In this document: piece by piece, positions 45,091-59,705 of the stretch | How the letters are laid out: every line of letters starts with the position of its first letter | Numbering within the stretch: position 1 is the stretch's first letter | Origin: Eledone cirrhosa | Taxonomy: Eukaryota | Direction: 5' to 3' | DNA length: 64,000 nt | NCBI GenBank assembly: GCA_964016885.1 | Contig: OZ024743.1 | Location: 159,030,001-159,094,000 of the forward strand | The notes under the pieces: model-generated | Database searches by the model: none | Seen by the model: only the letters and a program-made list of their open reading frames with translations | What the model was told of the DNA's origin: nothing | Translations under genes and position numbers: made by a program

Positions 45091-45549
45091 AAATGGAAAA
45101 AATGAAACGAAATTTCATTTCTCACTCTTAGTACGGCTGTTACTTAAATATAAGTATGTATACGTACATACATATATGTATACAGACGTACAGTAGTATG
45201 TATATATATACATATATGCACACATATATATATGTACGTATGGGTTTACCGAGCATTTATTATAATGCTCGGTTTGTTTGTAAACAAACAGCACGAATTA
45301 AGCTGTACAGTGTTTATCAACCATCGTTGCCCTTTTGCTCAACACTGACAAAGGAACGATGTACTAGTTTCAAGCTTATTAGCTATCGTCAGCATCGTAT
45401 ACCTTCCTGCCAGATGATTGAACGTCTGAAAGTATATAGTTTCCTTATGAATATTAACGGCTGAGCAGCCTAATTTGCATATCGAGTGAATTATATTTAA
45501 GTAACAGCCGTACTAAGAGTGAGAAATGAAATTTCGTTTCATTTTTTTC

Positions 45550-45629
<80 letters not shown>

Positions 45630-46650
45630 ATTGTATATATAACATGGAAAACGAAGAATCAGTGAAGCATCGGAACACAATTTATTACGTATTACAATTG
45701 TTTCTCCGGCGAACAGCTCGAGGTGCGATCTGTTTGTGCTGGATCGAACCTGGCTCGGGATTCGCAAGTTCCTCAGATACGTCTAGTGATTTCGAAGCAA
45801 ACCCACTTTTTGCTGTATCCGACCCTTCGAATTTCTATCATCTGCCATCATCGGCCCGTTGATTGGTTAATAGTTTGACCATCTGTGTGTTTGACCATTC
45901 AAATCTACACTCTGACCATTTCCATTCAGGCGTGAGCTGTCATTCACCTTAATTCTGTCGTCAGAATTACTGCTAGTTGGGCAAGTGGTTATGAACTGCC
46001 TTGCCAGTCCCTAGCTTGCCCGTCGCCCTACACATATACACCCACACACACGTGTGATCACACATATACAGATATTCCGAGCCATTGATTGCACACTCAT
46101 CTGCGCGGACACACACACAGACACATATATATAGATCTCGCGCCTTTGCGTTCACACGTGTGCATGCATATATTCACACCTCATATACAGACATACCCAC
46201 ACACGTATATATACACGGACCCACAGATATTCATATATCTATCCATACACACAGTCGTTTCACTTTTTCCATTTATCGTTTTCGGTGCGCTCGGCCGATT
46301 AACTCCCTCGATATGCAAATTAGGCTGCTCAGCCGTTAATATGCATAAGGAAAGTATATCCTTTCAGACGTTCAATCATCTGGCAGGAAGGTATACGATG
46401 CTGACGATAGCTAATAAGCTTCAAACTAGTACATCATTCTTTTGTCAGTGTTGAACAAATGGGCAACGATGGTTGATAAACACTGTACGGCTTAATTCGG
46501 GATGTTTATTTACAAACAAACCGAGCATTATAATAAATGTTCGGTAAACCCATACGTACATATATATATATATGTGTACATGTATGTATATATATATACA
46601 TCCTACTGTACGTCTGTATACATATATGTATGTACGTATACATACTTATA
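45090..46650. mobile_element. Nested fold-back PLE tail (45150-45486 / 46307-46650 and 45090-45153 / 45490-45553) with hammerheads
   Basis: Reverse-complement arms. Minus 45358-45396 reads GATG-CTGACGA-tAGCTaataAGCTt-GAA-ACTAGT-A-CATC. The plus copy at 46397-46435 has GAAA changed to CAAA. Confidence 0.8.
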
Positions 46651-46897
46651 TTTATATATATGTATATTTCTATATATATATATATATACATACTACTGTA
46701 CATCTGTATACATATATGTATGTACGTATACATACTTATATTTATATATATATATATTTCTATTTATATATATATATATAATATACATATATATATATAT
46801 ATATATAATATACATATATTATATATATATATATATAATATACATATATTATATATATATATATAATATACATATATTATATATATATATAATATAC

Positions 46898-46942
<45 letters not shown>

Positions 46943-47135
46943 CATATATTATATATATATATATAATATACATATATTATATATATATATATAATATACA
47001 TATATTATATATATATATATAATATACATATATTATATATATATATATAATATACATATATTATATATATATATATAATATACATATATTATATATATAT
47101 ATAATATACATATATTATATATATATATAATATAC

Positions 47136-47222
<87 letters not shown>

Positions 47223-47317
47223 CATATATTATATATATATATATATATAATATACATATATTATATATATATATATAATATACATATATTATATATATAT
47301 ATATATATATAATATAC

Positions 47318-47356
<39 letters not shown>

Positions 47357-47425
47357 CATATATTATATATATATATATTCATATATATATATGCATATAT
47401 TTCTATATATATCTATATATATCCA
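46650..47425. repeat. TA-rich minisatellite (AATATACATATATT(AT)n units)
   Basis: Direct inspection. Confidence 0.9.
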
Positions 47426-48559
47426 CATGCTTCGTAAGGTTTTTACATATGTATTAATCAGTCTTCATGTCATACAATTGTATCAGTCTTTAATCTGTAG
47501 AATGATATCGGCATCACAATAATTGTTAAAGAATAATTTAAAGAATATAATTAGATCTTCCTTATCACCGCTTGCAACGCTGTCATTGATATCAACATTA
47601 TTGTGATCATTATCAAGTCATCTCTATGGATCGTATTACCTATAACATTATAAAAACAATAACACTACAGATCAGCTACAGATAGTATTTATGTCAAGAT
47701 ATTTATGTCAAGATATTTCAAGATATGTTTTCAGAATTGTTCTTTAACTTCTTTGTGTCTATGTTCAAAATATACATGATAGGAATTTCAACTAAACTAA
47801 GAACAAGCCGTATCTAAACAGATTTGAACCGAAACGAATATACCAAATATGAAAAGAAAAAACAAAAAAAAGCGCAGAGCATTTGAGAAAATACTTTAAT
47901 ACTTTATCATTAAACACAACACTATGTGTACGAATTATGCATCAATATAAATAGCAAATATATCAACATATAAATATATACAGGACAAAAAGAAATTTAA
48001 ATTTCACATGAAACACCATAACAAACATATATAAGAAAAATATTTAAAAGCAAGTTTCATCCAGATCAGGCTAAAAGGCAATGACTGAAGCCGTTACATG
48101 GACAATTATGAAAATAATCAGAATTATAAAGTGTCATATATGTCATGTCTCTGAACCAGAGTCAGGTGGGTAGTGTATTGTAAATAGAATCTGCTTTCCA
48201 AAATTATATTTTCAGGTTTTAGCTGATGTTTAGACAAGTATAGGAATATCAAAAGTCATTTGAATTTCATTCAAAGAGTTAATCTAAAAGTAATGACATC
48301 CCTATTTTTCAAGCATTCAATTTCTCTGCATTTTTAAAAGAAACAATTTCCCATCAGCTGATACATGCTAATGTATAGTGTTGCTGATATGGCTCTCACC
48401 TAGGCAGGTTTCGCTGGCCTTCCATCAAGTTGCATACAGGATATTTAAACGATATGAGATCTGGTCCTGTAATGTCCTAATTTTCTTTGTAACAGGATAC
48501 GGTAACTGACCTCAAATGTGCATAAACAAAACAATGTGATCCCGTCCACTGCTGTGACA

Positions 48560-48722
48560 ATTTAGCCAATTTAACACACTAGACTCGAACTTTATTTATC
48601 GATTCCAAATGAACGAAAGACAATGTTAACATCGGCATGATTTGAACTCAGGGTGCAGAAAGCTGGAATAAAATAAAGCAAGGCACTTAATTCAATGCTC
48701 TAACAACGCTGCCAATCCAGCT
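48560..48722 (-). mobile_element. Diverged SINE
   Basis: ACTTTATTTATCGA..AAAGACAATGTTAACATCGGCATGATTTGAACTCAG..TGCCAATCC. Confidence 0.6.
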
Positions 48723-49679
48723 CAATGCTAATATGTGTGAGAATTCGAATCTAAACATGAAAGTAGCGGCAGCTAAATGCGTAATGATAGTATCGCTTTA
48801 TCGATGAGAAGTCCATAACTCATCGTTGATGTTGCAGTTTTCTAACCCGAAATCAGTCATAGTACAGCAGGCGTGTGAGCAAAAGTATACAACTATGACA
48901 TTTGATAGATGCAGGGAATCCGAGAACCCAACGAATTCACTTTCAAAACAGTTACGATAGATTTGCAGGAGATTCGGGCACTATTTCAACCAAGTCAAAC
49001 GACCACGTCGTGTCTTCCTAGTCCCAGATCAAGCCTAATCGAGAAGACTTACAATCAAAGGCATTTATTTAGCAGTGACCATAGGTTTTTTCAGACATAT
49101 TATCTCAGAAAATTATCTCCTATAATCGAATATATTTCCTTTTACAAACACGGTAGAGTGTTATTTAGAGGATATTTGGCTCCTGTTGTGACATTTCGAA
49201 TTATTACACAAAAGCTCACTTATTGACTCAGTTGCTCATATTCGATTATAGTCACCGTATTTTATCCCTAATTGAAATAACTAGATTTCATTGATACAAT
49301 TAATTTGCCTGTAAATCGCCAGGTGGTAATGTAAAATTATAGTGCTGAGCTGAATACCCACCACTCTTGAATAGTGGTTTCTTACAAAAAGACATCATCA
49401 CAATGTTGACGGATAGTGGTATAATCTATTATATTGACCTTTATTTTATTAAGACAAGAATATAGAAAGGCAATGTCACCACGGGTTCGATAGGAACTTA
49501 GAACATAAATTGTCACTAATAAACGCTCTAGAAATTCAGGCAATCACTGCTCACCCAGATTCTATATATCAAATGACACACTTTATACAATGTCAAAATA
49601 GAGGTCAAACCTGGTATCATATAATATTATTAAAACACACACACACACACATACACATATATATATATATTATTAGAAA

Positions 49680-51378
49680 GTGAGTTTTTTTTAAATGAAA
49701 AATAAATGAAAAATAACCGAGGTGTCCTACACGAGTGAAAGTATAAGGGAAAAAGATGAAATCGAAAATGTAACTGGAGTCTTTTTTAAAAAGAATATAG
49801 ATATTTATTTGGTTCCTTTACCGGTTTCGCAGTTCTTCTGCTTTTCAAAAGTAGAGTTGAGATGGAGGGTTTGTGGTTTTTCTCCCATCTGGTTGGTCTT
49901 TGTATGTTACTTGTTTTATATGGAAAAAAGTGGCTCGAAATGCCAGGTTTTTACAGAAGTAATTTGATTGGTTGGTGAATAAGTATAATAAATTTCGCAC
50001 CAGTTCGCGTTACAAAGTTCTTCAAACAAGGGGGGGGGGGGGGGGGGCTCAGGTTGTTTTTTCATATATGAGTAAAGTTCGGTTGGTTGATGCAGTCACT
50101 TTCGCGACAGTTTGTGTTTGAATTTCTTTTTTACTTAATAAAAGTGGTTCACGAAGGCTTTTTAAAAAAAAAAAAAATTTGATTGGTTATAAATGATTGT
50201 CACGTGAACAAGTTCATTAAATTTCGCGCCCGTATTTGGGAATTTATTTTGTAGCCTTTTAGAGAATTTTGTGCCAAACAAAAGATAATGGTCAAAAGAA
50301 ATGAGATGTGGAGAATTGTTCTGGTTCAATGAATATGGCAGGTACGCTGGGGTGTGAGAATTCAGACTTTCTATTGAAATAAAGAAAGTAGAAATATGTA
50401 TATTTATTTGTGTGCTTGTGTGTGTGTGAGTGTGTGTGTGTGGAGTGTGTGTAGGAAGATGATTCTATTAGTAGAAATGGGGGAGGGAGTTGTGTGTGTG
50501 GGTGTGGGTGTTATGTGTGTGTGTATGTGTGTGTGAGTGTATGGTTAGCATGTGAAGATGGAGAGAATATATATATTTTGTGTGTGTGTGTGTAGGAAAA
50601 TGATTCCGTTAGTAGAAATGGGGGAGGGAGTTATGTGTCTGTGGAGGGGGGGGGGGGGGGGGGGTAGCATGTTAAGGTTTAAGAGTATTAACGTATTTTA
50701 AGGTTTATTTAGTTCTGGTTTTTATTTGCTAAAGTAGGTGTTATGTGTGTGTTATGTATGTATCTGTTTGGATGGTTAGCATGTTATGGTGTTGACATAA
50801 TGTACATTAAACTATATTTAATGCTGGTCTATATTTTTGAATAAACATACTTTCCTTATTTATTCGTATTTGTTCTGTTGTATTGTCAGCGCAAAGATAA
50901 AGCGGGAAGACTTGGAATTTGGGTGTCTAATTACTTGCGCATATATCTAGATGTGCTATTAGTGGTATCTGTCTCGTGGTTGGATCTCGTAATTGTTGGC
51001 GATGAACTGTCATTCTGTTTCTGAGTGTGAATTTCGTTTGTCCTATATAATCTTCATTGCATCCTTTACATTTAATGGCATAAAATAGATATTTTGATGA
51101 GCAAGTGAAGTGATTTTTTACAGCAAAATTTTGTCCTGATTGAAATGTATACGTGTTGCCTTCAATGAGGTGAGTGCAGGTTCCACAATTAGAGCGACCA
51201 CATTTTTTGATACTTGGTTGTGGGTTTGTGGTAGGTAATTTGGCATTGGTGAGTAATGTTTATAGTGATTTCAGTTGTCTTTTGCTTTTGATTATTTTGT
51301 GTGTTTCAAGGGGTTTTTTCATTATTGGGTCTTGTTTTCATAGTGGATGTTCTTGTGAATAGTGTTGTAAGCTTCCGC
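49680..51378 (-). mobile_element. Decayed Neptune PLE 3' part (GIY-YIG remnant at ~50920-51378 and 3' UTR)
   Basis: Minus strand reads IIKSKRQLKS..KKCGRSNCGTC. UTR motifs TTTGATTGGT..GTCAYGTG and AAAAGTGGCTC are shared with 3530-3750. Confidence 0.7.
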
Positions 51379-51385
51379 ATTTCTA

Positions 51386-51502
<117 letters not shown>

Positions 51503-52392
51503 AATGCATCGTCCAGTTACTGTAGGTTAACCAGAGTGAGCACTCAATGAGTAGTTTCCGGTAAGTATAGAGTGTAGAATTAAGCAGAGTGTAATAATAA
51601 TAATAATAATAATAATGATAATAATAATAATGGTGATAATAACGCACATGGTGGATATATCGTTATGGAATCGCTCCCGTAAGTTTTTGATTTTTACTTA
51701 TTTAAAACAACTGTGATAGAATAATTCTTATTACAAATGAAGTATAAGATTACATTTTTTTTGTACGCTCAGCAAGCCACAACGCATCACTTTACGGCAT
51801 AGGGCCCCAATATTTAATATTTAATTTTGCATCAGAAATGTTATAGTCGAAAAAGAGAAAAATGGCTAAGTGGACAGACAGGCAAATATTTTCACCACCA
51901 AAACCACCACCGCCACCATCACCACTACCACGCCAAAAACTCTAGTCAAGTTACTTCAACTTCTATTTCTACTTCAACTTCAACACCTTCACTACAGTAC
52001 TACGATCACATCACCACCACCACTGCCTCATTATCGCTACCGCCAATATTCTCTCCCACTACCTCCTGCTAAGTACTACTAGCACAGCACCACCACTGCC
52101 TCATTATCGCTACCGCCGCTATTCTCTCCCACTACCTCCTGCTAAGATAGGCATCGTAGTGTCCCCACTAAAAGAGGAAGGCAACAAAAGATATAAATAG
52201 ACTGATTTGGTGACCCGGTCAAAAATAAAAAAAAACAAAATTCAAAATCAAAACAGCACAGCAGCAACGAAAAACGTAAAGAAAAGAAAAAAGAAAAGAA
52301 AAACAGACAGACAGAGAAGGAAAAAAACAACTAAGTCAGACATTCAAACATTACATTACAATGAAACTTATGCTTATTCTTTTTTCTTTTTA

Positions 52393-52497
<105 letters not shown>

Positions 52498-52639
52498 CCT
52501 ATTTGTTTTTTTGTTTATTTATGTTCGTCTGCAGCGTGATAGTGCCACACTAAAATCACCGGTGGTTATGTAAACATTCATTCACCAATCCCCGATAAGA
52601 GTGTTTAAATGTCAAACCTAAACATTTCGAATAACGGTG

Positions 52640-55600
52640 AAGTAGAGACTGGAATGTCATGTGACAGACTCTCACCCAACAGGTGGTCCCTGGCTCAGCA
52701 ACAGGGATCTGGCTGTCAACCAAATACTACTGGTGTCGGAGGAAGAAGGAAAGCACTGAACCAACTAGTCGAAAGAATTGAATAGAACTGTTATGCAATG
52801 TTACCTGAAGAGTAACCCCAAGGAGAAAGGCTATAGGAAACGGATGCATAACATCTGGAACGAGATTGGTCTATATAAATTAGATGAACAAAAATTGGCC
52901 GGCAGGCTCGGGTAATAAGAACTAATGGGTGGATAAGCGAGCTGGAACTGGAGGAAGTGAGCAGAGAGATTAGGGTGGAAATGGATAGTGGAGTATGCCA
53001 GGCAAACGAGCCATTGGGAAATGAAGGTGAAGAGGTTGAGAGAACGGAGGAACCATCCGAAGCAGACACTGATATGAATGCTGAAATAAATAATACCTGG
53101 AACAAAGATACGGTCATTGAGGAGATGAATGCTGACGGGCTAGGACAAGATTCGGTTGATATCCTAAACTTAGTGATAGATAAATTGAACAATGATAGTG
53201 GGAAACCTGTGAACCTAAAATTTGTAGACAGGAAAAAATTAAAAGAAACAACAGCTAAGGTAAACAAAGTCATCCCATACCTTGAGGCAAGGAGCCTGCA
53301 CCAGTGCAACAATATCCTCAAAGCAACAGCAAATGCGGTGAGGAAATTACTTGGCATAAAAGCGAGAGGAAACAACAAACAAGAAAGATCAGAACCTTGG
53401 TGGAAGAAACGACTAAATGGTCAAATCAGGGAAATGAGAAATGACATTGGAAAGCTTGAGTCCCTACTGAATGGGACACTAAAAAACATATACACTAAAA
53501 TTAAACTGGAAATAAAGTACAAAACTAGGAGGAAAATGCTAAATATTATCATAGAGGAACTGAAGCAACGCATTGTAGCAAAGAGTGCAAAAATTAGGCG
53601 ATACGTGAGCAGAGTCAGTCAGTATAGACAGAACCAGAAGATGTTGTTTGGACAGCTTGAAGGGAAAGAAAGAGGCAACGACTTGATCCATGAGGTGGAA
53701 CAAACTAAGACATTCTGGAGAGGAATATGGGGGCAGGATGTTAAACATAATGACCAGGCAGTGGGGATTGAGACAGTACAAAAGGAGATTAGTGAACAGG
53801 CACACCAACAAACTCATTTGAGTATCACAGTTGAAACTCTTAAGGGGCAGTCCAAAAACTAACCAACTGGAAATCACCAGGCCCAGATGGTGTGCAGGGG
53901 TATTGGATTAAAAATATAACATCCCTCCACCCGAAACTGACAATCATGTTCAATGACTGCTGCTTGATGTCAGGTGAGGTACCAGAGTGGTTGACAAAAG
54001 GTACCACAGTTCTGGTAATTAAAGACCGAATCAAGCGTAATGATGTTACCAACAATAGACCTATCACATGTCTGTCCGTAATGTGGAAACTGTTGACAAG
54101 CATTGTGTCTGTGGAAATCTACCATCACCTCCACATAAACAACTTGTTACTGGACGAACAGAAAGGATGCCGAAAGAAGTCCCGTGGTACAAAGGATCAG
54201 TTACTTATTGATAAGATGGTAATGAAGATTTGCAAGAGGAGACACACTGGTCTTGTCATGAGATGGATAGACTACACAAAGGCATTTGACATGGTACCCC
54301 ATTCTTGGATCACCAAAAGCCTAGAGATCTTCAAGGTGGCAGATAACATCAGACAATTGTTTGCAAATGTATGAAGTCCTGGAAAACAGAGTTAACATCA
54401 GCTGGAGAATCCTTGGGAGGCGTGAAGATCAAGAGAGGTATCTTCCAGGGAGATAGTCTGTCCCTCTGTTGTTTGTCCTTGCCCTGATGCCCCTGACCAT
54501 TATACTGCGAAAAGTGAGAGCAGGATACAAGTTGGGAAAAGGAGAGCTTACCATCAATCACATCCTCTTCATGGACGATCTTAAGCTCTTCCGGAAGAGT
54601 GAGAAGGATTTGGATGTGCTTGTTGTCACTGTCCGTATTTTCAGCAATGATATATGTATGCAATTTGGTATTAGTAGGTGTGGAGTCCTTGTGATGAAGA
54701 GGGGTAAATTGAGCAGAAGCAACGGAATCCAGGTACCAACAGGTGAGATGATAAAGGAAATTGACACTGAAGAAGGATACAAGTATTTGGGTGTTCTGGA
54801 GGCTGATGACACAAGAACAAAAAAAGGAAGGAATTGATAAGATCTGAATACATTCGGAGAGTAAGGAGCGTATTAAAGTCACATCTGAACAGTAGGAATG
54901 CCATAAGTGCAGTAAATTCCCGAGCTGTGTCTATTATTAGGTACAGTCCGGGAATTCTGAAATGGAATGTTGTTGAACAAAAAGAAATGGATTGGAAGAC
55001 TAGGAAGCTATTGACTCTCTACAACATGTTCCACAAGAGGAGTGATGTCGATAGAATCTACTTAAGGACATCTGAAGGTGGTAGCGGTCTTATCAGCATA
55101 GAGGACTGTGTTCAGATGGAGAAAAACAACCTACCCAAATACGTGACTGATAGTAAGGAGCCAATGCTCAGAATTGTACTGAAGGAGAGGACAATAAACC
55201 AGGAGATGTCCAAGGAGGAAATAACAAGGAGAAAGAGCAGCCTTCATGAAAAATCCCTTCATAGTATCTTCTTTGAGAAAACTGAATTCAGGGATCCACA
55301 AAACTGAATTCAGAGATCCACAGACATGGAACTGGTTGAAAAGAGGAGACTTTAAAAAGGCTACAGAAGGAATGCTAATGGCTGCACAAGAGCAGGCCCC
55401 CAGAACGAAGTGGGTGAAACACCATATTTACAAGGAGGAGGCTAGCCCACTGTGTAGGATCTGTGGAGAGAGAGAGGAGACTGTGGCTCACATTGTATCC
55501 GAGTGTAAACACCTAGCCCAGACTCACTATAAAGGATGGAGACATGATGTGATGGGCAGGGTGATTCACTGGCACCTATGCAAAGTAAAAATTTACCACA

Positions 55601-56118
55601 TTCTGAGAAGTGGTATGAGCATAAGCCAGAGTCGGTGATAGAAAACGATCAGGTGAAGGTGCTGTGGGATTTTAGGATACAGACGGACAAGAAACTGGAA
55701 CACAACAGACCTGACCTGCTGGTTTTGGACAAGGAAAAAAGATCGTGCCTGATTGTGGATGTGGCCTGCCCATTCGACACGAGAGTGCAAGAGAAGGAGA
55801 GGGAGAAAATTAACCGATACCAGGACTTAAAGTGGGAGGATAAAAGGATTTGGAACTGCCATGAAGTCAAAGTGGTCCCGATTGTCATAGGCGCACTAGG
55901 TACTATCTCAAAAGGTTTCAAGAGATGGTTAAAGAAAATTGGCCCCTTCACGCTTTTTGGAACGCTTCAAAAGGCATGCTTGCTGGGAATAGCAAAAACC
56001 CTCCGATACGTCCTGAATATCTGAGGCTGCAGGTAGTGGCTTGATATTCATTTCAACAAACTTTCCAGTTAACTAACATCAATGACAGAGACTGAAAGAA
56101 CAATAATAATAATAATAA
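52640..56118 (+). mobile_element. Near full-length, frameshifted R4/Dong-clade non-LTR retrotransposon
   Basis: PWWKKRL, WKSPGPDG.QGYWIK, RPITCL, QKGC..SRGTKDQLLID, IDY.KAFD.VPH, GIFQGDSLSP, FMDDLKL, YKYLG, CRIC..ETVAHIVSEC, RHD, RPD..D...P, VPIVIGALG; (AAT)n at the 3' end. Confidence 0.9.
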
Positions 56119-58540
56119 TGCTTTCTTTATTAACCACAAGGGTTTACACAAAGTAAGACATTAAGGACAGTACAGGACAATACAGGACAATACAAGACGG
56201 TACAAATGGGCATTTCTGCGTGTAAACCCCCCCCCCAAAAAAAAAACAGAGGATGTAACAAAAAAAGAAACAATGAAAAATTTCCCAATAGGCTTCCGAG
56301 GGACATTCGTGGAGAAAGCCCATTAAAAATCCCACGGTGTCCCTGACCACCAGGACAAGTGCCCTCTCCCAGTTTTCCACCTTCAATTTAGAGGCACATA
56401 CTCAGAGTAGGCCCATTCACACGGGCCATTCTTGCCTCTCTAACCCATCTTTCAAGAAAATGCTGGGAAGAGAGCACTTACCTCTCTACCCTAATTTTCC
56501 TTTTTAAATGAAATTTGAAAAAGTTATTCAGGGCGTCACCAAAGAGGTAAGTGCTCGACTTCAGCCCTTTCAAACGCGTCCACCATGCTATCACTTTTGC
56601 AATGGCCACCAGTCAGATAAAAACTGCCTGCCCTTCTCGGCTAAAGGAAGGGGGCGGGGCAATCCTCACGATGGACTCAGCTGATAGCCGGATCCGTTCT
56701 ACACGCGACAGCAGCTGTTCGACATAAACCCACAAGTCAGCAATGCTCGGACACTGGACGAGTGCGTGCAGGACGGTTTCGTCGCTCTGCGCGCATCTCG
56801 GACATTCCCGACTGACGGCACCTCCCTGCTTGTAGAGTTTATCCCGAACTGGCAAAGCTCCTCGCTAGCATTGCCAGTCCAGGGGGTTTCTGGAAATCGT
56901 CCATAGGCACCGGCCCGAAATTTCTTCCGAAAAGAATGGCTAGTTGATTTTCGTCGACGCCTAGATTTCCCCAAGTACGTCGTCGTTCTTCCCCTCCACT
57001 AATCATATATAGAACGCCAAGGTGGAGTTTCCACCGATCACATTGCCCGATTGGTCGAGGGCTGGAGCGCCTGAAGACATTCCAGTCTCCAAGCACTCCC
57101 TCTCGGTCTTCGCTTGACCCAGGACTGCAGCTCCGTCAAGGAGACGAGCTAGGGAAAGACGCGTCTAGTAAAAGGCGACCACACCTGATCACCGTCGAGG
57201 AAGAGGTGGAGATGTCGTAGCCTGAGCGCGTTCTCCGCATCATCAACACGGCATGCCCAGCCCTCCACGTTGACAGCAGATAGATCGCCTGACCATCGGA
57301 GCGCGTCCATTCCACAAAAAGCGAAAGAGCAAACGCTCCAGCGCAGTCAGGCGGGGCTTAGGACAAGGCACGACGGTCAGGCGGTAGTAGATAACGGACG
57401 CGATGTACGCATTAGCCACCTCCGCTCGACCTTTCAGGGATAACTTCCTCTCCGCCCTTTTCTGGATGAGCGAAGCCACCCTGCTCGTCACCTCGTCCCA
57501 GTTTTAGTCCGTCTGGAGGTCCGGACCGAACCAGACCCCCAGCAATTTAACCGGTCCGACCGTCCGTCCAGCTCCCGACGACGCTATTGGACGGCATGGA
57601 CCTGCCTCTCTAGGTGCCGAGCTGCAGTCCCACCGAGTTTTTCTGGTTGATCATTGCTCCTGTCACCGCTTCGTATTCTCTTAGTGTAGTGCCGATCGCC
57701 TCGATGTGTTTGGCGTTCGACAACACTACGGTGACATCGTCCGCATATGCTGACACGGATCTTCCGCATCCTAGATCGCGCGGGACCCCTCAACCTCTCC
57801 AGTTTGTGCAGTAATGGCTCGAGGGTCAATACGTACAAGAGGGACGAGAGGGGACATCCTTGGCGGACCGAGCGCATGATGTTGAACGGTTCTGAAAGGT
57901 GACCGTTCACTTTCACCACAGAGCAGATGTCGCTATGCATAGCAGCGATCCAGCTTCTGAAGACGGGCCCAAAGCCAGCCGCCCTCAGGACTGCCCCCAG
58001 ATAACGATGGTCGACCCTATCGAAAGCTTTCGACTCATCTAAATTGATCAAGGACCCACCCGTGCCAGGTTCTCTAGCTACCCTCTCCACGATGTATCGC
58101 ATGAGGTGGAGGTTGTCGTGGATGGATCTGTCGGGAATACCGCATGTCTGCGCTCTCCCACCAGACCACTAACGACAAGCGCCAACCTCTTTGCTAGCAC
58201 CTTGGCCAAAATCTTGAACTCTGTGATCAGCAAAGTTATGGGCCTGAAATAATCTGTTATACCCATTGTTTGGATCTTTTCTCAGCAGCGCCACCGCTCC
58301 TCGGCTCACAGAGCTGGGAATTCTCCCGTTCTGTTGCCAGTTGCAGTAGAGGCCTCCGAAAAAGTCTGGCATCTGTACGTAAAGTTCATAGGGCAGACCA
58401 TCCAAAGCAGGCGATTTACCCCTTGTGCAGCCAGTCATTTGTTTTTTTTACACGCAGAAATGCCCATTTGTACCGTCCTGTATTGTCCTGCACTGTCCTT
58501 AATGTCTACTTAATGTAAACCCTTGTGGTTAATAAAGAAA
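56119..58540 (-). mobile_element. 5'-truncated Tx1/L1-clade LINE capped by an inverted copy of its 3' end (58447-58540)
   Basis: KSPALDGLPYE, RPITLL..FKILAK, LDESKAFDRVDH, VRQGCPLS, AYADD, GGLGMP, CPRC...ETVLHALVQC. 56122-56226 mirrors 58447-58540. Confidence 0.88.
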
Positions 58541-58570
58541 TCATCATTATTATTATTATTATTATTATTA

Positions 58571-58768
58571 GGGCGGTAGATTAGCAGTATCGGTAGAGGG
58601 TCGAACGCCATGCTTTCCAGGATAGTTACGTCCCGTTACGATCTGAGTTCAAATCCCGCCGAGGTTGACTTTGCCTTTCATCCTTACGGGGTCGATAAAA
58701 TAAAGTACCAGTAATGCACTGGTTAATTGCTGGCCTTGTGCCTAAAGTAGAAACAATTATTATTATTA
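58571..58768 (+). mobile_element. tRNA-derived SINE, full length
   Basis: A-box TAGCAGTATCGG, B-box GTTCAAATCC, core CTTTGCCTTTCATCC..GGGGTCGATAAAATAAAGTACC, (ATT)n tail. Confidence 0.88.
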
Positions 58769-58777
58769 TGAAACAAA

Positions 58778-58980
58778 GTTTAATATAGAAATGGCTTCTA
58801 CAGGGCTAGAAATATTTCATTCGAAGGAAATCATCGGGGAATCGGGGCTTCTGATGATTTCCTTCGAATGAAATTTCTGATCATGTGGAAGTTATGTCTA
58901 TATTGAATTTTGTTGTATACACTCTACTAATGTATTGAGTACCCTACTCAATGTGGTTACCCATTATTGAACCCTGGACT
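58778..58980. mobile_element. Fold-back PLE tail, family C relative, with back-to-back decayed hammerheads
   Basis: TTTCATTCGAAGGAAATCATC is mirrored by CTGATGATTTCCTTCGAATGAAA (58851); ATTGAGTACC tail. Confidence 0.7.
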
Positions 58981-59705
58981 CATACTTATACACACATATA
59001 TGTATGTATATATATATATGGAAATTATGTAGAAATTTGCTCTTTCTCTTTACATGTTCAATCATTCATTTTCTGTTTGAGTATTTCAGTAGATTCTCTG
59101 TATTATCATATTATCATCACAGCCAATTTATTGAAAATTCAATAATATAATTGTAAGGTAACAAAACATTATCGCTGCAGACAGAAAAAAAACCTATATG
59201 CAAGCAAAAAATTCACAAAGTTTTTATGAAAATGAATGAATTAAGAAAGAATCAGATCCACGTTTTTTGAGAAATGTTGTTCTGCGCGCGTTATAAAAAC
59301 ATTGCAAATTAATAGGTAATTATATATGGGAAACATTTTTCCTGATCGAAATAGTGGTCAATTAACAATATTAATAAGATTTGTCTGTCCATTACCAGTT
59401 TTACTACCACTGAATAACTAGTGTCACTCAGTATATTCAAATGAATATATACATATAAATATGGCGGACGGGGTTAATCGATGCTTTCGTTCGTTCCTGA
59501 CATGTATTTTTCTCCGTGTACTTCACTGCTATATATATATATATATATAAAGTAGGGTTAACCCCAACACACTTGATATAAGTGTTCGGGAAACGCAAAT
59601 TGCTAACTGCTCAGTTTAAATGCAAAAGAAAACAGCATGATACTTGGCTTCCTCCACGGGAAGAACAATTAAAATCGTTTAAAATAATGATTTAACAGCA
59701 CGGTC

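Noticed and set aside
48400-48480. Possible minus-strand host exon (DITGPDLISFKYPVCNLMEGQRNLP, donor AG/GTGAGA)
   Set aside because: Weak acceptor, no recognisable homology and no partner exons; needs RNA-seq.
52013-52145. ~55-bp direct duplication, and short tandem duplications at 18718-18754 and 55278-55322
   Set aside because: Ordinary slippage duplications with no spacer array, so not CRISPR-like.
58571-58660. tRNA genes at A/B-box sites
   Set aside because: No cloverleaf, and the sequence continues into the SINE core and tail.
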